Assembly: GCA_021129515.1 (NCBI GenBank)
Contig: JAJOLD010000001.1
Coordinates: 257,217-321,216 of the forward strand
Length of the DNA stretch: 64,000 bases
Source of the DNA: Minisyncoccota bacterium
GTDB taxonomy: Bacteria; Patescibacteriota; Minisyncoccia; Phycocordibacterales; UBA918
Direction: 5' to 3'
The notes beneath the pieces were generated by a model, which was not told where the DNA came from, searched no databases, and saw nothing but the letters and a program-made list of their open reading frames with translations. Below are positions 26,397-36,014 of this stretch, in pieces (the stretch's first letter is position 1; every line of letters begins with the position of its first letter). The position numbers were made by a program, and so were the translations under genes.

Positions 26397-28502
26397 CTAT
26401 ACATCAATCTCAGCATTGAGTGCATTTGTCTGAATGAATGACTTACGGCTCGACACATCGGTACCCATGAGAATATCGAAGACTTTATCAGCACCTTGCG
26501 CATCTTCGATAGTCACCTGCTTCAAGATACGATTCTCAGGATTCATAGAGGTCTCCCAGAGCTCTTCGGGGTTCATTTCACCAAGACCCTTGTAGCGCTG
26601 AATACGAAACTTTGATGATTTCTTTGCAGCCTCTTCTTCATTCGCGTCTTCTTCAGGAGTTTCATCATCATCTGCAGATGGCTCTTCCTCTCCTACAATG
26701 GCAAGTTTCTCAGCTTCGGTATACGCATACCAGATTTCCTTCCCTTTTTGAATCTTATACAGCGGCGGTTGCGCAATATAGAGATAGCCGCCATCGATAA
26801 TTGGTCTAAAGTAGCGGTAGAACAGCGTGAGCAAGAGCGTGGTAATATGTGCGCCGTCAACGTCAGCATCGGTCGCAATAATAACCTTGTGGTAGCGGAG
26901 CTTTTCCATATCAAACACATCCCCAATTGCAGTACCCATGGCAATCACGAGGTTCTTGATTTGCTCTGACGCGAGCATTTTATCGAGTCGTGCACGCTCC
27001 ACGTTCAGAATCTTACCGCGCAGTGGCAAAATCGCCTGTGTACGTCTATCGCGCCCCATCTTCGCTGAACCACCCGCAGAGTCTCCCTCTACAATAAAGA
27101 TTTCAGATTCCTCGGCACTCTTGGTCTGACAGTCAGCGAGCTTGCCCGGCAGGGTCATACCCTCAAGCGCACCTTTACGAAGTACTGAGTCTTTTGCAGC
27201 CTTCGCAGCCTTGCGCGCCTTCACCGCAATGATGACCTTATTAATCATCTGCTTTGCATCATCAGGATGTTCTTCGAGAAATTCCTGAAATGCCTCACTA
27301 AAGACCGATTCCACCGCACCACGTGCTTCGACCGAACCAAGCTTCGCCTTTGTTTGTCCCTCAAACTGAATCTCAGGCATTTTTATTGATATCACCGCAG
27401 TGATACCCTCAAGCACATCGTCTCCAGTAAAGGTACCATCTTTTTCTTTGATGAGATTATTTTTCTTTCCGTATGAGTTAAGCGTTCGCGTGAGTGCTGT
27501 TTTAAAACCAGTGACATGCGTACCGTGTTCTGGGTTGTAGATATTGTTTGCAAACGCACTGATACGTGCAGAAATATCATCAACATACTGTAGTGCAATT
27601 TCAACACCAAGTACCTTTTCATCGATATCTTTGCGTTCAACATAAAAGATATTTTTATGCACTGCTTTTTGATGTTGGTTATTGAATGCCACCAGTGACC
27701 GCAACCCCCCTTCAAAGTAGAAGGTCATTGTAGGTGCTTCAATACGGAGGTCGTCAATGTAGACAGTGTCCTGGAGTGACTTTGGATCGAGTTTCACATC
27801 ACTCTCCCGAGCATCAATCACGGTGAGCCGCATTCCCTTCACCAAGTATGCCTGCTGCCGAAGATGGTTCACAATTTTTTTCCAGCTATAGGTAATCTCT
27901 GGGAAAATATCAGGATCAGCTTGAAATGCCACAATAGTGCCCTGGAATTTTGTCTTACCTAGCTTCTTTACTTTTGCTTTTGCCTTTCCAATATTGTATT
28001 CCTGCATGTACTGGAAGCCGTCTTTGTGGACATCAACACGCGTATGTGTCGATAGTGCATTCACCACAGACACACCCACACCATGGAGTCCACCAGACAC
28101 CTTATACCCGGAGTCCTCACCACCGAATTTACCTCCAGCGTGGAGTGTTGTCATAATGGTCTCAAGCGCAGACACCTTTGTCTGTTTGTGTATATCAACC
28201 GGAATACCTCGACCGTTATCGACAACCCGAATGTAGTTGTCGGGCAAGAGCGTCACTTCAACCGTATCGGCAAAACCACCCATGGCTTCATCGCGAGCAT
28301 TATCAAAAATCTCCCAAATCATGTGGTGGAGACCTTCAGGACCCGTCGTACCGATGTACATCCCCGGACGCTTTCGTACCGGCTCCAACCCCTCAAGGAC
28401 TGAAATAGCTGATGCGTCGTATCCTTTCTTTTTACTTGCCCGTGCGTTTTTAGGCGCTTTAGGGGTTGCTTTCTTTGCTGTTTTTGTGGCTTTTTTAGGC
28501 AT
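26397..28502 (-). CDS. gyrB: DNA gyrase subunit B
   Basis: LEGLEPVRKRPGMYIG, DNGRGIP, SGGLHGVGVSVVNALS, VEGDSAGG, PLRGK, DADVDG, RYKGLGEM. Confidence 0.97.
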   Translation of the reverse strand: MPKKATKTAKKATPKAPKNARASKKKGYDASAISVLEGLEPVRKRPGMYIGTTGPEGLHHMIWEIFDNARDEAMGGFADTVEVTLLPDNYIRVVDNGRGIPVDIHKQTKVSALETIMTTLHAGGKFGGEDSGYKVSGGLHGVGVSVVNALSTHTRVDVHKDGFQYMQEYNIGKAKAKVKKLGKTKFQGTIVAFQADPDIFPEITYSWKKIVNHLRQQAYLVKGMRLTVIDARESDVKLDPKSLQDTVYIDDLRIEAPTMTFYFEGGLRSLVAFNNQHQKAVHKNIFYVERKDIDEKVLGVEIALQYVDDISARISAFANNIYNPEHGTHVTGFKTALTRTLNSYGKKNNLIKEKDGTFTGDDVLEGITAVISIKMPEIQFEGQTKAKLGSVEARGAVESVFSEAFQEFLEEHPDDAKQMINKVIIAVKARKAAKAAKDSVLRKGALEGMTLPGKLADCQTKSAEESEIFIVEGDSAGGSAKMGRDRRTQAILPLRGKILNVERARLDKMLASEQIKNLVIAMGTAIGDVFDMEKLRYHKVIIATDADVDGAHITTLLLTLFYRYFRPIIDGGYLYIAQPPLYKIQKGKEIWYAYTEAEKLAIVGEEEPSADDDETPEEDANEEEAAKKSSKFRIQRYKGLGEMNPEELWETSMNPENRILKQVTIEDAQGADKVFDILMGTDVSSRKSFIQTNALNAEIDV

Positions 28503-28677
28503 ATCGTATAGGCATAAATAAAACGAGCTCTAGAGCTCAACAAACGCACCCCACAACAAACCAATCAAGAGTGCTTTCCAAAGTGGTTTCTTGTGGGAGT
28601 GCTTTTCGAGACCAATTATACCAAAAAAACAGGCAATTTGCCTGTTTTATTTGTGGGATAATACGTATAAAACAAGC

Positions 28678-29838
28678 TTATTCTTCAAGAATCATTTGAT
28701 AGATAAGTGTCCCGTCATACACATACACCGAACCATTTTCAATACGTGCATCAAGTCCTGCACCACGCACTAACGGCTGCATGTTTTGCCATGCACGATT
28801 ATCAACTTCAACCACATAGACACCACTATTCAGAACAAGCAACACAAGGTTGGTGTTCCCCAAGAAAAAGTCAAAGTAGCGGACAGGTTCATAGTGTGGA
28901 CCAATTTCAATAATAGGCTCACACGTACTATCATCTGCCACCGTTTGTATTGGGTGTATAAACTCAACCACCTCGGGCTCTTCAGGAACTTGCTCAAGTG
29001 AAATCAACGATGGCGCTACTATATCTCCTTCTGCAACACTGGTGGTAGTGCTATAGCGTGCAAAGGGTTCAGCACAGTAGTAATAGGGCATTTGCTCACC
29101 AGCGCCAACCCATCGAGCAAAGAGTCGATTATCAGATTCATAGAGCCGCACACCACGACTTTCTTTTGTTGTCGTCGCGACCGTGTCGGTACTAGTTGCC
29201 GTTGTGGTCGCAGGCTGCAGTAGTGGCAAATTGATACCCGGAATTCCCACATCAGCATCGGTCGTTGATGTAGCAAACAAGGCAATCAACGCACCAAACT
29301 CCTGATTACGCTCAGTCTGTTCGGTAATTGTGGTGGTTGTTGCTATATACAGTGGGTTTGTGGTCGACGCAACAAGGAGTGACGATGTCGCAACCGGTAG
29401 GCCGGTATCATTGTCCGGAGTGGTAATGAGCAACGGCGTAATCACACGCGCCCGAGGCACCAGCGGCAAGTTAAATGCTTCTGCCTCGGTCACAATATGC
29501 GCATACACTGGCAACTCCTTTACCCACGTATGAAACCCTTCCCGCTGTACAGTCACTCGATGTGTCTTTGGGACCAAACTTTGGGCATAAAACGCTTGTC
29601 GGAATACTCGTGACTCTGGCACAATCTCATCATCAATATAAATGGCGGTTCCTTCTCGCTCCGCAGCAATATACATACCGCCCGTGCTCACAATATTAGT
29701 TGTCCCTCCTAACTGGATACGATATCCCGTTGCATACAGATACAAAAATGGAATCAGCACAACAAATAACGTCACCAACGCAAGGAACGCTGTATGTCGG
29801 TGCCGAATAGAGAGTGGTTCTTGAGGTTCTGTGTGCAT
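28678..29838 (-). CDS. Membrane-anchored PEGA-like domain protein
   Basis: TM, YATGYR..STGGMYI..IYID..HRVTVQREGFHTWVKEL. Confidence 0.75.
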   Translation of the reverse strand: MHTEPQEPLSIRHRHTAFLALVTLFVVLIPFLYLYATGYRIQLGGTTNIVSTGGMYIAAEREGTAIYIDDEIVPESRVFRQAFYAQSLVPKTHRVTVQREGFHTWVKELPVYAHIVTEAEAFNLPLVPRARVITPLLITTPDNDTGLPVATSSLLVASTTNPLYIATTTTITEQTERNQEFGALIALFATSTTDADVGIPGINLPLLQPATTTATSTDTVATTTKESRGVRLYESDNRLFARWVGAGEQMPYYYCAEPFARYSTTTSVAEGDIVAPSLISLEQVPEEPEVVEFIHPIQTVADDSTCEPIIEIGPHYEPVRYFDFFLGNTNLVLLVLNSGVYVVEVDNRAWQNMQPLVRGAGLDARIENGSVYVYDGTLIYQMILEE

Positions 29839-29861
29839 ATGTATATACAGCCTATCACTTT

Positions 29862-31430
29862 TTATGCGCGATGTTTTGGTGTTACCCAAAATCCCATGTA
29901 TTTTCCAAACATAAGGCGCGTCTGCGCATCAAGACCTGGAATAGCACTAAAGACAATCATAGTAAATGGTACCAATATCCACTGCAGCATAAGGACAATA
30001 TACATAAATCGACTTTTTTCTTTAGGGCGCGGTGGCAAGAGTGTCAACGAAATCATGGAGGATACCACCAACCCAAACATAGAAATAGTCAGCAGGTCAC
30101 GCACCATGAGTGGCAGGTTGTACGACAAGACGGTCTCATGAAAGACGCGCCCGCCGAAGAAAATCGGTGTCCATCCCAAAATAAAGAGCATAATCGGATT
30201 GGTCACCAGGGACCAATATCCTTCTGCTTGCTGCAGACCAATTTTAATACGTGTACCGAGTGGAATATTTTTGTTCTTGGTGAAGTGATACACAATGTAT
30301 ACAAAATTCTCCACTCCATAGGTCCAACGGCGATGTTGTTTGTAGATATTTTTTACCGTTCCCCACAACGTTGGCGCAACGTTTGCGTCCATCGATACGG
30401 GATACGAAAGAGGCACCACATCATACTCCCCATCATTTGCCATCAGCAGATTCCAAAAAATACGTGAGTCTTCACTCACCATGTTTGTTTGCCAATACCC
30501 AATCTCATAGAGTGCTTGAAAACTCACTGAGTGTGAGGAGAACGTCGCCATACGTTCGGGGCGTTCCTGTTGCACCATCTCCCAAAATGTACTCGACATA
30601 CCGACCACACGACCAAATGCAGACGCTTCCCATATGTTGTTGTTGAAGAGTGGTACTGGCTGGAATGAGGTCTTGAGCGGACGCTTTGCCGTCATAAAGT
30701 GCCAAATGAGACAGTTGAAATAATCAGGATACACCACACTATCAATATCAAAAATAGACACCAATGCATGATTGTACCGGATACCATGTGGATCCAACAC
30801 CTTCCGTCTCAGCTGCTCAATGGCATAGGTAGCATTTGCACCTTTTCCTGCAAGCTCTCCAACTGTATCAGCGGGGTGTGTCGTAATAAGGAAATACGCA
30901 AACATATCACCCCACTTCTCTTTCATTGCAGCCGCAACCGCTTGTGCCGATTCACCCGCGCGAGCTTCCGCTGCTAAGACCACAATGACATTCTTTTTGT
31001 CATATTTAATCTTTGCAAGTGCGGTAAGTGTGGCATCAACTACTTCTTCTGACTCCTGATAAAACGGTAAAATAACAATCTGATACAGATGCCCATATTC
31101 AAAGCGAGCAACCATGTGCTCCCAGTCAAGTGACATGTGGTACCGCAGTCGTTTCCAGTTATATCGAAGATGATAGGAAAGAAACGCAGTCTTCAAAACC
31201 CAAAAGACCGCGAAGGCAATAATGAAATACGCCGCAATAAATGGTGCGTAGATAGAAAGCAGCACCACACCAATAAGTGTGGTCCATGAGGCTACACCGG
31301 GAAGCATTTCGAGCGCTCGATAAAAAACACGGTCCCTACCAGAAAGATCCGTAGCACGACCCACCTTAAAATCCTCCCGCTGTGCATACGGAAGCAATTG
31401 TGGTTTTGATACCTTTTTACGCGACGCCAT
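29862..31430 (-). CDS. Membrane-bound GT2 glycosyltransferase (processive type)
   Basis: DID, SED and QHRRW motifs with flanking TM helices. Confidence 0.88.
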   Translation of the reverse strand: MASRKKVSKPQLLPYAQREDFKVGRATDLSGRDRVFYRALEMLPGVASWTTLIGVVLLSIYAPFIAAYFIIAFAVFWVLKTAFLSYHLRYNWKRLRYHMSLDWEHMVARFEYGHLYQIVILPFYQESEEVVDATLTALAKIKYDKKNVIVVLAAEARAGESAQAVAAAMKEKWGDMFAYFLITTHPADTVGELAGKGANATYAIEQLRRKVLDPHGIRYNHALVSIFDIDSVVYPDYFNCLIWHFMTAKRPLKTSFQPVPLFNNNIWEASAFGRVVGMSSTFWEMVQQERPERMATFSSHSVSFQALYEIGYWQTNMVSEDSRIFWNLLMANDGEYDVVPLSYPVSMDANVAPTLWGTVKNIYKQHRRWTYGVENFVYIVYHFTKNKNIPLGTRIKIGLQQAEGYWSLVTNPIMLFILGWTPIFFGGRVFHETVLSYNLPLMVRDLLTISMFGLVVSSMISLTLLPPRPKEKSRFMYIVLMLQWILVPFTMIVFSAIPGLDAQTRLMFGKYMGFWVTPKHRA

Positions 31431-31534
31431 AATGGAGTGAGTATAGCCCTATTTTACGTAAATACAAGAGTGTATACGCATTAGTCCAAATGGTCTTAGG
31501 GAGTCTCTGAATATTACGTCCTCTGGGTATACCT

Positions 31535-31609
31535 CTGGATTGCTTCGGCTCTACCCGCAATGACGGACGCCCGAAGGGCGTCATTGCGAGTGGATGCGAA
31601 GCAATCCAG
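31535..31609. repeat. REP-like palindrome (same family as 17835-17909)
   Basis: CTGGATTGCTTCG..CGCAATGAC, GACGCCCGAAGGGCGTC, GTCATTGCG..CGAAGCAATCCAG. Confidence 0.8.
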
Positions 31610-31802
31610 GGTCATGTTGCCTTGCTCAACTTTTTGTCACAGTGGATTCGGCGTCCAACTTTAGTTCACTATTCTGAGCGTCACGGATTGCTAAGCACTC
31701 TCTAGATTCGGCGTCCGCCAGTAATTCGCTGACGCTCATAACTAGCACCTGCCCAGGTTCACTGGTTCGGCGCTATAGGTAAGCGCCTCACATCGTGAAC
31801 CT

Positions 31803-31827
31803 TTCGAATCTGAGAGGTGGCTCAGAG
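31803..31827 (+). repeat. Inverted copy of tRNA-Thr 3' end
   Basis: TTCGAATCTGAGAGGTGGCTCAGAG is the reverse complement of 31879-31903. Confidence 0.85.
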
Positions 31828-31849
31828 GTATGCGAATACCTTCGCATAC

Positions 31850-31877
31850 AAAAAAGACAGCTGGCGCTGTCTTTTTT
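31850..31877 (-). terminator. tRNA terminator
   Basis: AAAAAAGACAGC..GCTGTCTTTTTT. Confidence 0.75.
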
Positions 31878-31883
31878 ACTCTG

Positions 31884-31957
31884 AGCCACCTCTCAGATTC
31901 GAACTGAGGACCTACGGTTTACAAAACCGTTGCTCTAACCAACTGAGCTAAGGTGGC
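31884..31957 (-). tRNA. tRNA-Thr(UGU)
   Basis: GCCACCTTAGCTCAGTTGGTTAGAGCAACGGTTTTGTAAACCGTAGGTCCTCAGTTCGAATCTGAGAGGTGGCT cloverleaf; CCA not encoded. Confidence 0.97.
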
Positions 31958-32055
31958 GTATGAAATTGTGACTACTTACTTATTATCAAGTGGTCAAAGC
32001 GATTTTGCAACGGTTTTGTAACAAAACTTTAAAAGAATATCCCATATTCTTTTAA

Positions 32056-32080
32056 CTCTAACCAACTGAGCTAAGCTGGC
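32056..32080 (-). repeat. Second tRNA-like 5' fragment upstream of tRNA-Thr
   Basis: GCCAGCTTAGCTCAGTTGGTTAGAG, one mismatch to the tRNA 5' end. Confidence 0.7.
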
Positions 32081-32245
32081 AATATTTTATTTTACATACT
32101 TCTACACTTTGCAGACGGTTTTGAATGCAACGGTTCAGGTATAAAAAATGCGCGAAAGCGCTCCGCTATTATGCGAAAAAATGAGTAAAAATGCAACCCA
32201 TATATGAATATGAAAAATGCCGCTTACTCAGCGGCATTTTGAGTA

Positions 32246-32620
32246 TTACTCAGTATCAGCAAATGCAGACTCAACGGTATTCGACCAACGAGCCTCCACA
32301 TCAGTGCCACTAAAATATTGATGTTTGATTGTGAATATAAACCAAAGCAATGATTGCATACCGCAATCAGCTATAGTGTAGCTTGATGTTCCTCTAGATA
32401 GTCGTAATACGGTATACACCATACAGGCATATCCAACCCCTAAAACATACACCGCAAGCCACGTATATACCACAACGGGCGTATAGTTAGCTCCAATCAA
32501 ATGCACATCAAAGTTAAAAAATGGCTCAGCCACAAATATAATTACACCAATCCCAATCATTCCGATAACCGGCATACACTGAGCAACAAATACATTACAT
32601 CGAACGAACAGATCTCTCAT
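32246..32620 (-). CDS. Small membrane protein, ORFan
   Basis: Hydrophobic ORF; start placed at ATG after GAGGAGG; TTGACA-16-TATGAT promoter inside a hairpin. Confidence 0.7.
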   Translation of the reverse strand: MRDLFVRCNVFVAQCMPVIGMIGIGVIIFVAEPFFNFDVHLIGANYTPVVVYTWLAVYVLGVGYACMVYTVLRLSRGTSSYTIADCGMQSLLWFIFTIKHQYFSGTDVEARWSNTVESAFADTE

Positions 32621-32700
32621 CGATTCCTCCTCAGACACTCGATGGGTTAGAAAACAGCCCGCATCATAGCGTATTGCTGCGGGCTGTCAATGATTGCTAT

Positions 32701-33084
32701 TCAGTATAGCTGTGCATCCAAAAACTCCTTCACACTTTCAATATCCTTCTCCTCTGGATCGAAGTAGTGCGTCAAAATCCCCGCATCTTCTGCTGCTTGC
32801 GCCGCAGTCGGACTATGTTCAATATAGACCACTTGTTCAGGAGTCAGTTTGTAATGCTCGAGCACACCCTCATAATACTCTGGCTCTGATTTCGGATATA
32901 CCTTTCGCGTGTATACCTCATATGGCATTTCATCGAGGTGGAGTGATGGTGCTTTTGCGTCATCAGCGTTGGTCAAAATAATTTTTGTATTCTCGTACTC
33001 ATCGAGCAATTCATGCAGCGGACCTGAAATACCCTCTGTTTCAGTCACAAATGTTTGTAGTGCATCTACCAAAATTGTTTTCAT
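32701..33084 (-). CDS. Small HAD-like hydrolase fold protein
   Basis: MKTILVDA, ILTNA, PKSEPEYY, VVYIEHS..AAEDAGI. Confidence 0.7.
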   Translation of the reverse strand: MKTILVDALQTFVTETEGISGPLHELLDEYENTKIILTNADDAKAPSLHLDEMPYEVYTRKVYPKSEPEYYEGVLEHYKLTPEQVVYIEHSPTAAQAAEDAGILTHYFDPEEKDIESVKEFLDAQLY

Positions 33085-33235
33085 CCCGTTAAAGTTTATT
33101 GATTAATAAATATTACTTTTACAGTACCACCTCAACATCTTTGTTCCTGATTCACATCCCAGTATTTTTTATAAACTCTAACGGGATTCATATACTTCTA
33201 GTATACAAAATAATCGAACAGGAGTCTCCGTTCGA

Positions 33236-33667
33236 TTATGTTTTACCCAGCAAGGCGTCTTCTTTATGTTTTTGTTTTTCTTCCTCAGTGAGCGCCACCG
33301 ACTGTTTGTGTGCCTGTATCTCATCAAGCTTATTACGTGCTGTTCGCTCCTCTGTAGCAATCCGATGTGCCGTCTCTTTGTTGCGCACTAATGCTGTTTT
33401 TATCCATTGCTCAAATCCACGCACCAGTGATAATATCAGCACAAGTACCTTATGAAAGAGATAGTGTAGCGAACCTCGGAGTGCATCACGACGTACATAC
33501 GCAAATACCCCATCAAGATATTGAGCAGCCGCGATAATGACACGATCAAAAAACATGCGGGGCGTCTTCAGGAACCGTGTACCACGACGCGCTTCTAGTC
33601 GATACAAAAGTACAAGCAGTATGATACTGCTTGTACTTGCAATCATGCCAATGACCGGAGCTATCAT
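33236..33667 (-). CDS. Hypothetical membrane protein
   Basis: 143 aa ORF 4 nt downstream of tsf, N-terminal TM. Confidence 0.75.
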   Translation of the reverse strand: MIAPVIGMIASTSSIILLVLLYRLEARRGTRFLKTPRMFFDRVIIAAAQYLDGVFAYVRRDALRGSLHYLFHKVLVLILSLVRGFEQWIKTALVRNKETAHRIATEERTARNKLDEIQAHKQSVALTEEEKQKHKEDALLGKT

Positions 33668-33671
33668 GCTG

Positions 33672-34256
33672 TTATTTTACCGAAACTCGTGAGATTTCTG
33701 AAATAACAACATTCTCACCAAACTTTTGAACTGCACCAGTGACGAGGTCACCGATGGTTTTGTCAGGATCTTTGATGAATGGCTGCTCCATGAGCACAAA
33801 TTCTTTGAAGTATGAGCCAAGCTTTCCTTCGAGGATTTTTTCCTGCATTTCTGCCGGCTTATCCTGTACTTCTTCTGCAAACACTTCGCGTGCTTTTGCC
33901 ATAGCGGCTTCATCCACATCGTCGCGCGAGATGAACTTTGGCGCCTGTGCTGCGACATGCATAGCAATGTCACGTGAGAGTGCAATAAATTCCTCATTCT
34001 TCGCCACAAAGTCAGTCTCACATGCAAGGTTTACAAGCGCAGCAACTTCGTTAGTAGTGTGCACATATGCGCCAATCGCACCCGCGCCGAGTTCGCGGTC
34101 CGATTTCTTTGCTGCAGCTTCTCCACTTTTTTTGCTGAGAAGAATTTTTGCTTTTGCCATGTCTCCCTCAGCCTCTTCGAGTGCCTTCTTGCACTGCATC
34201 ACTGAGATACCAGTTTCATCACGAAGTGATTTTATCTGTTCTGATGTAATTTCCAT
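33672..34256 (-). CDS. tsf: Elongation factor Ts (short form)
   Basis: LRDETGISVMQCKKALEE, CETDFVAKN, AMHVAA. Confidence 0.97.
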   Translation of the reverse strand: MEITSEQIKSLRDETGISVMQCKKALEEAEGDMAKAKILLSKKSGEAAAKKSDRELGAGAIGAYVHTTNEVAALVNLACETDFVAKNEEFIALSRDIAMHVAAQAPKFISRDDVDEAAMAKAREVFAEEVQDKPAEMQEKILEGKLGSYFKEFVLMEQPFIKDPDKTIGDLVTGAVQKFGENVVISEISRVSVK

Positions 34257-34297
34257 AGTAAATAAGAACGAGTTAATACGTATAGATGTTGGGTAGA

Positions 34298-35062
34298 TTA
34301 CCCACGAGTGTGCCGACGGTTGTCTTCACGCTTTGGAGGTACATACTCTGCTTTCCCTGCAGTGTATGCAGCGGTCAATTCTTCAAGTACGAGCGTTACA
34401 CTTGACTGGAGTGCATCGTTTACCACCACTGGGTGCTTAAGGTTCCGTAGGTTGTAGTCCGAGCTGGTAACACCAACAACAGGGATGTTGAGATCGTTTG
34501 CTTCCTGCACCGCAATTTCGTTGTGACGTGGATCTACCACAAGGAGCATTTGTGGAAGCCGTTCGAGTGTCTTCATGCCACCAAAGTTGAAGTTAAGCTT
34601 TTCAAGTTCGCGACCAATCACCACACGCTCTTTCTTAGTGTATTTGCGTTCAAGCTCTCCCTGCTCACCCTGCTCGGTCAAATCAGTTAAACGAGCAATA
34701 CGACGCTTGATTTCAGAGAAGTTGGTGAGCATACCACCAATCCATCGGTTGGTTACGTATGGCATCTCAGCCTGCTCAGCAAACTGCTTTACAATGGTTG
34801 CTACTTCATCTTTTGAACCCACAAAAAGGACAGTTTTTCCTGCCTTTCCAGCTTCATTGAGGGCAGCTTTTGCCTCTTCGAGCAATACACTAGTCTTTTC
34901 GAGATCGAAAATATCAGTACCCTGCTTACTCCCAAATAGGTATGGAACAACGGTTGGGTGCCGTCGTGACTTAGTGAAGCCAAAGTGTGCTCCAGCAGCA
35001 AACAAGCGCTCAATAAGCGATTGATTTCCGGTTGTGTTATTAGTTTTTGTCTCGGTATTCAT
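34298..35062 (-). CDS. rpsB: 30S ribosomal protein S2
   Basis: AGAHFG, IFDLEKT, RWIGGMLTNF, AVQEA, NDA. Confidence 0.97.
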   Translation of the reverse strand: MNTETKTNNTTGNQSLIERLFAAGAHFGFTKSRRHPTVVPYLFGSKQGTDIFDLEKTSVLLEEAKAALNEAGKAGKTVLFVGSKDEVATIVKQFAEQAEMPYVTNRWIGGMLTNFSEIKRRIARLTDLTEQGEQGELERKYTKKERVVIGRELEKLNFNFGGMKTLERLPQMLLVVDPRHNEIAVQEANDLNIPVVGVTSSDYNLRNLKHPVVVNDALQSSVTLVLEELTAAYTAGKAEYVPPKREDNRRHTRG

Positions 35063-35176
35063 AATTTAAAAAATGCGCGCATGCGCAGCAATTGGCACAA
35101 ATGTAGCACAGCAAACCTTATTCTGCAACAACATTTTAGGATACGCACTAGATTTAGAACTGGACGCAATGCCTCT

Positions 35177-35218
35177 ATATTATCCGAATCATTAGGTACC
35201 TAATGATTCGGATAATAT
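35177..35218. repeat. Perfect palindrome downstream of TA locus
   Basis: ATATTATCCGAATCATTAGGTACCTAATGATTCGGATAATAT. Confidence 0.7.
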
Positions 35219-35305
35219 AGATGCGTACTTTGAGAAGCAATTAAAGTAACAAACACCACCTGCAGAAAAGATATGTACCACCCGCAGGGTTTTAATACTG
35301 TATTT

Positions 35306-35587
35306 TTAGTTAAATAGTTGACTGTGATTACCAATATTAACCAAGGTAAGTAGCAAAAAACCATCATCAATTTGATACACGAGCAAAATATCTGGAGCCA
35401 AATGACACTCGCGGTGACCAGCAAGGTTACCGGTCAGCTTATGGTCATGATACTCCTTCGGTAACTCCTTTCCTTCAGACAAAACTGTAATAGCAAGCTT
35501 CAGTCTATCTGCCTTGAAAGACGCATGCTGCTTGATTCTTTTTAAGGATTTTTTAAATCTACTAGATTTATGAACCGTGTACTTCAT
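35306..35587 (-). CDS. YafQ/RelE-family toxin
   Basis: FKKSLKR, YHDHKLTGNLAGHRECHLAPDILLVY, IGNHSQLF. Confidence 0.92.
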   Translation of the reverse strand: MKYTVHKSSRFKKSLKRIKQHASFKADRLKLAITVLSEGKELPKEYHDHKLTGNLAGHRECHLAPDILLVYQIDDGFLLLTLVNIGNHSQLFN

Positions 35588-35589
35588 GT

Positions 35590-35862
35590 CTATAAATCAA
35601 GATCCGCATATAACTCATCAAGATTGTTATACCCTTTTGACTGCTTTGCCTCCTCTGTTTCCCGCACCATAGCCAACTCTTCAGCTATCGTATAGCCATT
35701 CTCTGTCTTGAGATCAAAAGGAATACCCTGCCTGTTTACCACATTAGTTAAAAACAACTTAACCGCGCTCGACATATCAAGACCAAGCTCTTCAAGGGTT
35801 TTACGTGCTTTTGCCTTTGTCTCGGCGTCTATTCTAATTTGTATTGTTTCTTGTGCACTCAT
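35590..35862 (-). CDS. DinJ/RelB-family antitoxin
   Basis: IQIRIDAETKAKA..LGLDMSSAVKLFL..GIPFDL. Confidence 0.92.
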   Translation of the reverse strand: MSAQETIQIRIDAETKAKARKTLEELGLDMSSAVKLFLTNVVNRQGIPFDLKTENGYTIAEELAMVRETEEAKQSKGYNNLDELYADLDL

Positions 35863-35867
35863 ACAGG

Positions 35868-35898
35868 TATTGTATACAGTGTAATGACAATGTCAATA
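35868..35898 (-). promoter_or_regulatory. TA promoter with overlapping inverted repeat (operator)
   Basis: TTGACA..TACAAT 6 nt before ATG; GTATTG...CAATAC inverted repeat. Confidence 0.65.
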
Positions 35899-36014
35899 CA
35901 CAAAATTTACATCTTAGAAACAGTATTAAAACGTGTTCACCTACCACCTAAGTCATCCAACTAATTACGTGCATGACTAGTTGGATGACGTAGCGTCAGT
36001 TTCAGAATTAGATA

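Noticed and set aside
31803..31903. Prophage or island attL/attR at tRNA-Thr
   Set aside because: The duplication is inverted and only about 50 bp away; no integrase nearby
31958..32080. Second, intron-containing or split tRNA
   Set aside because: The 5' fragment has no matching T-arm or acceptor 3' strand before the intact tRNA begins
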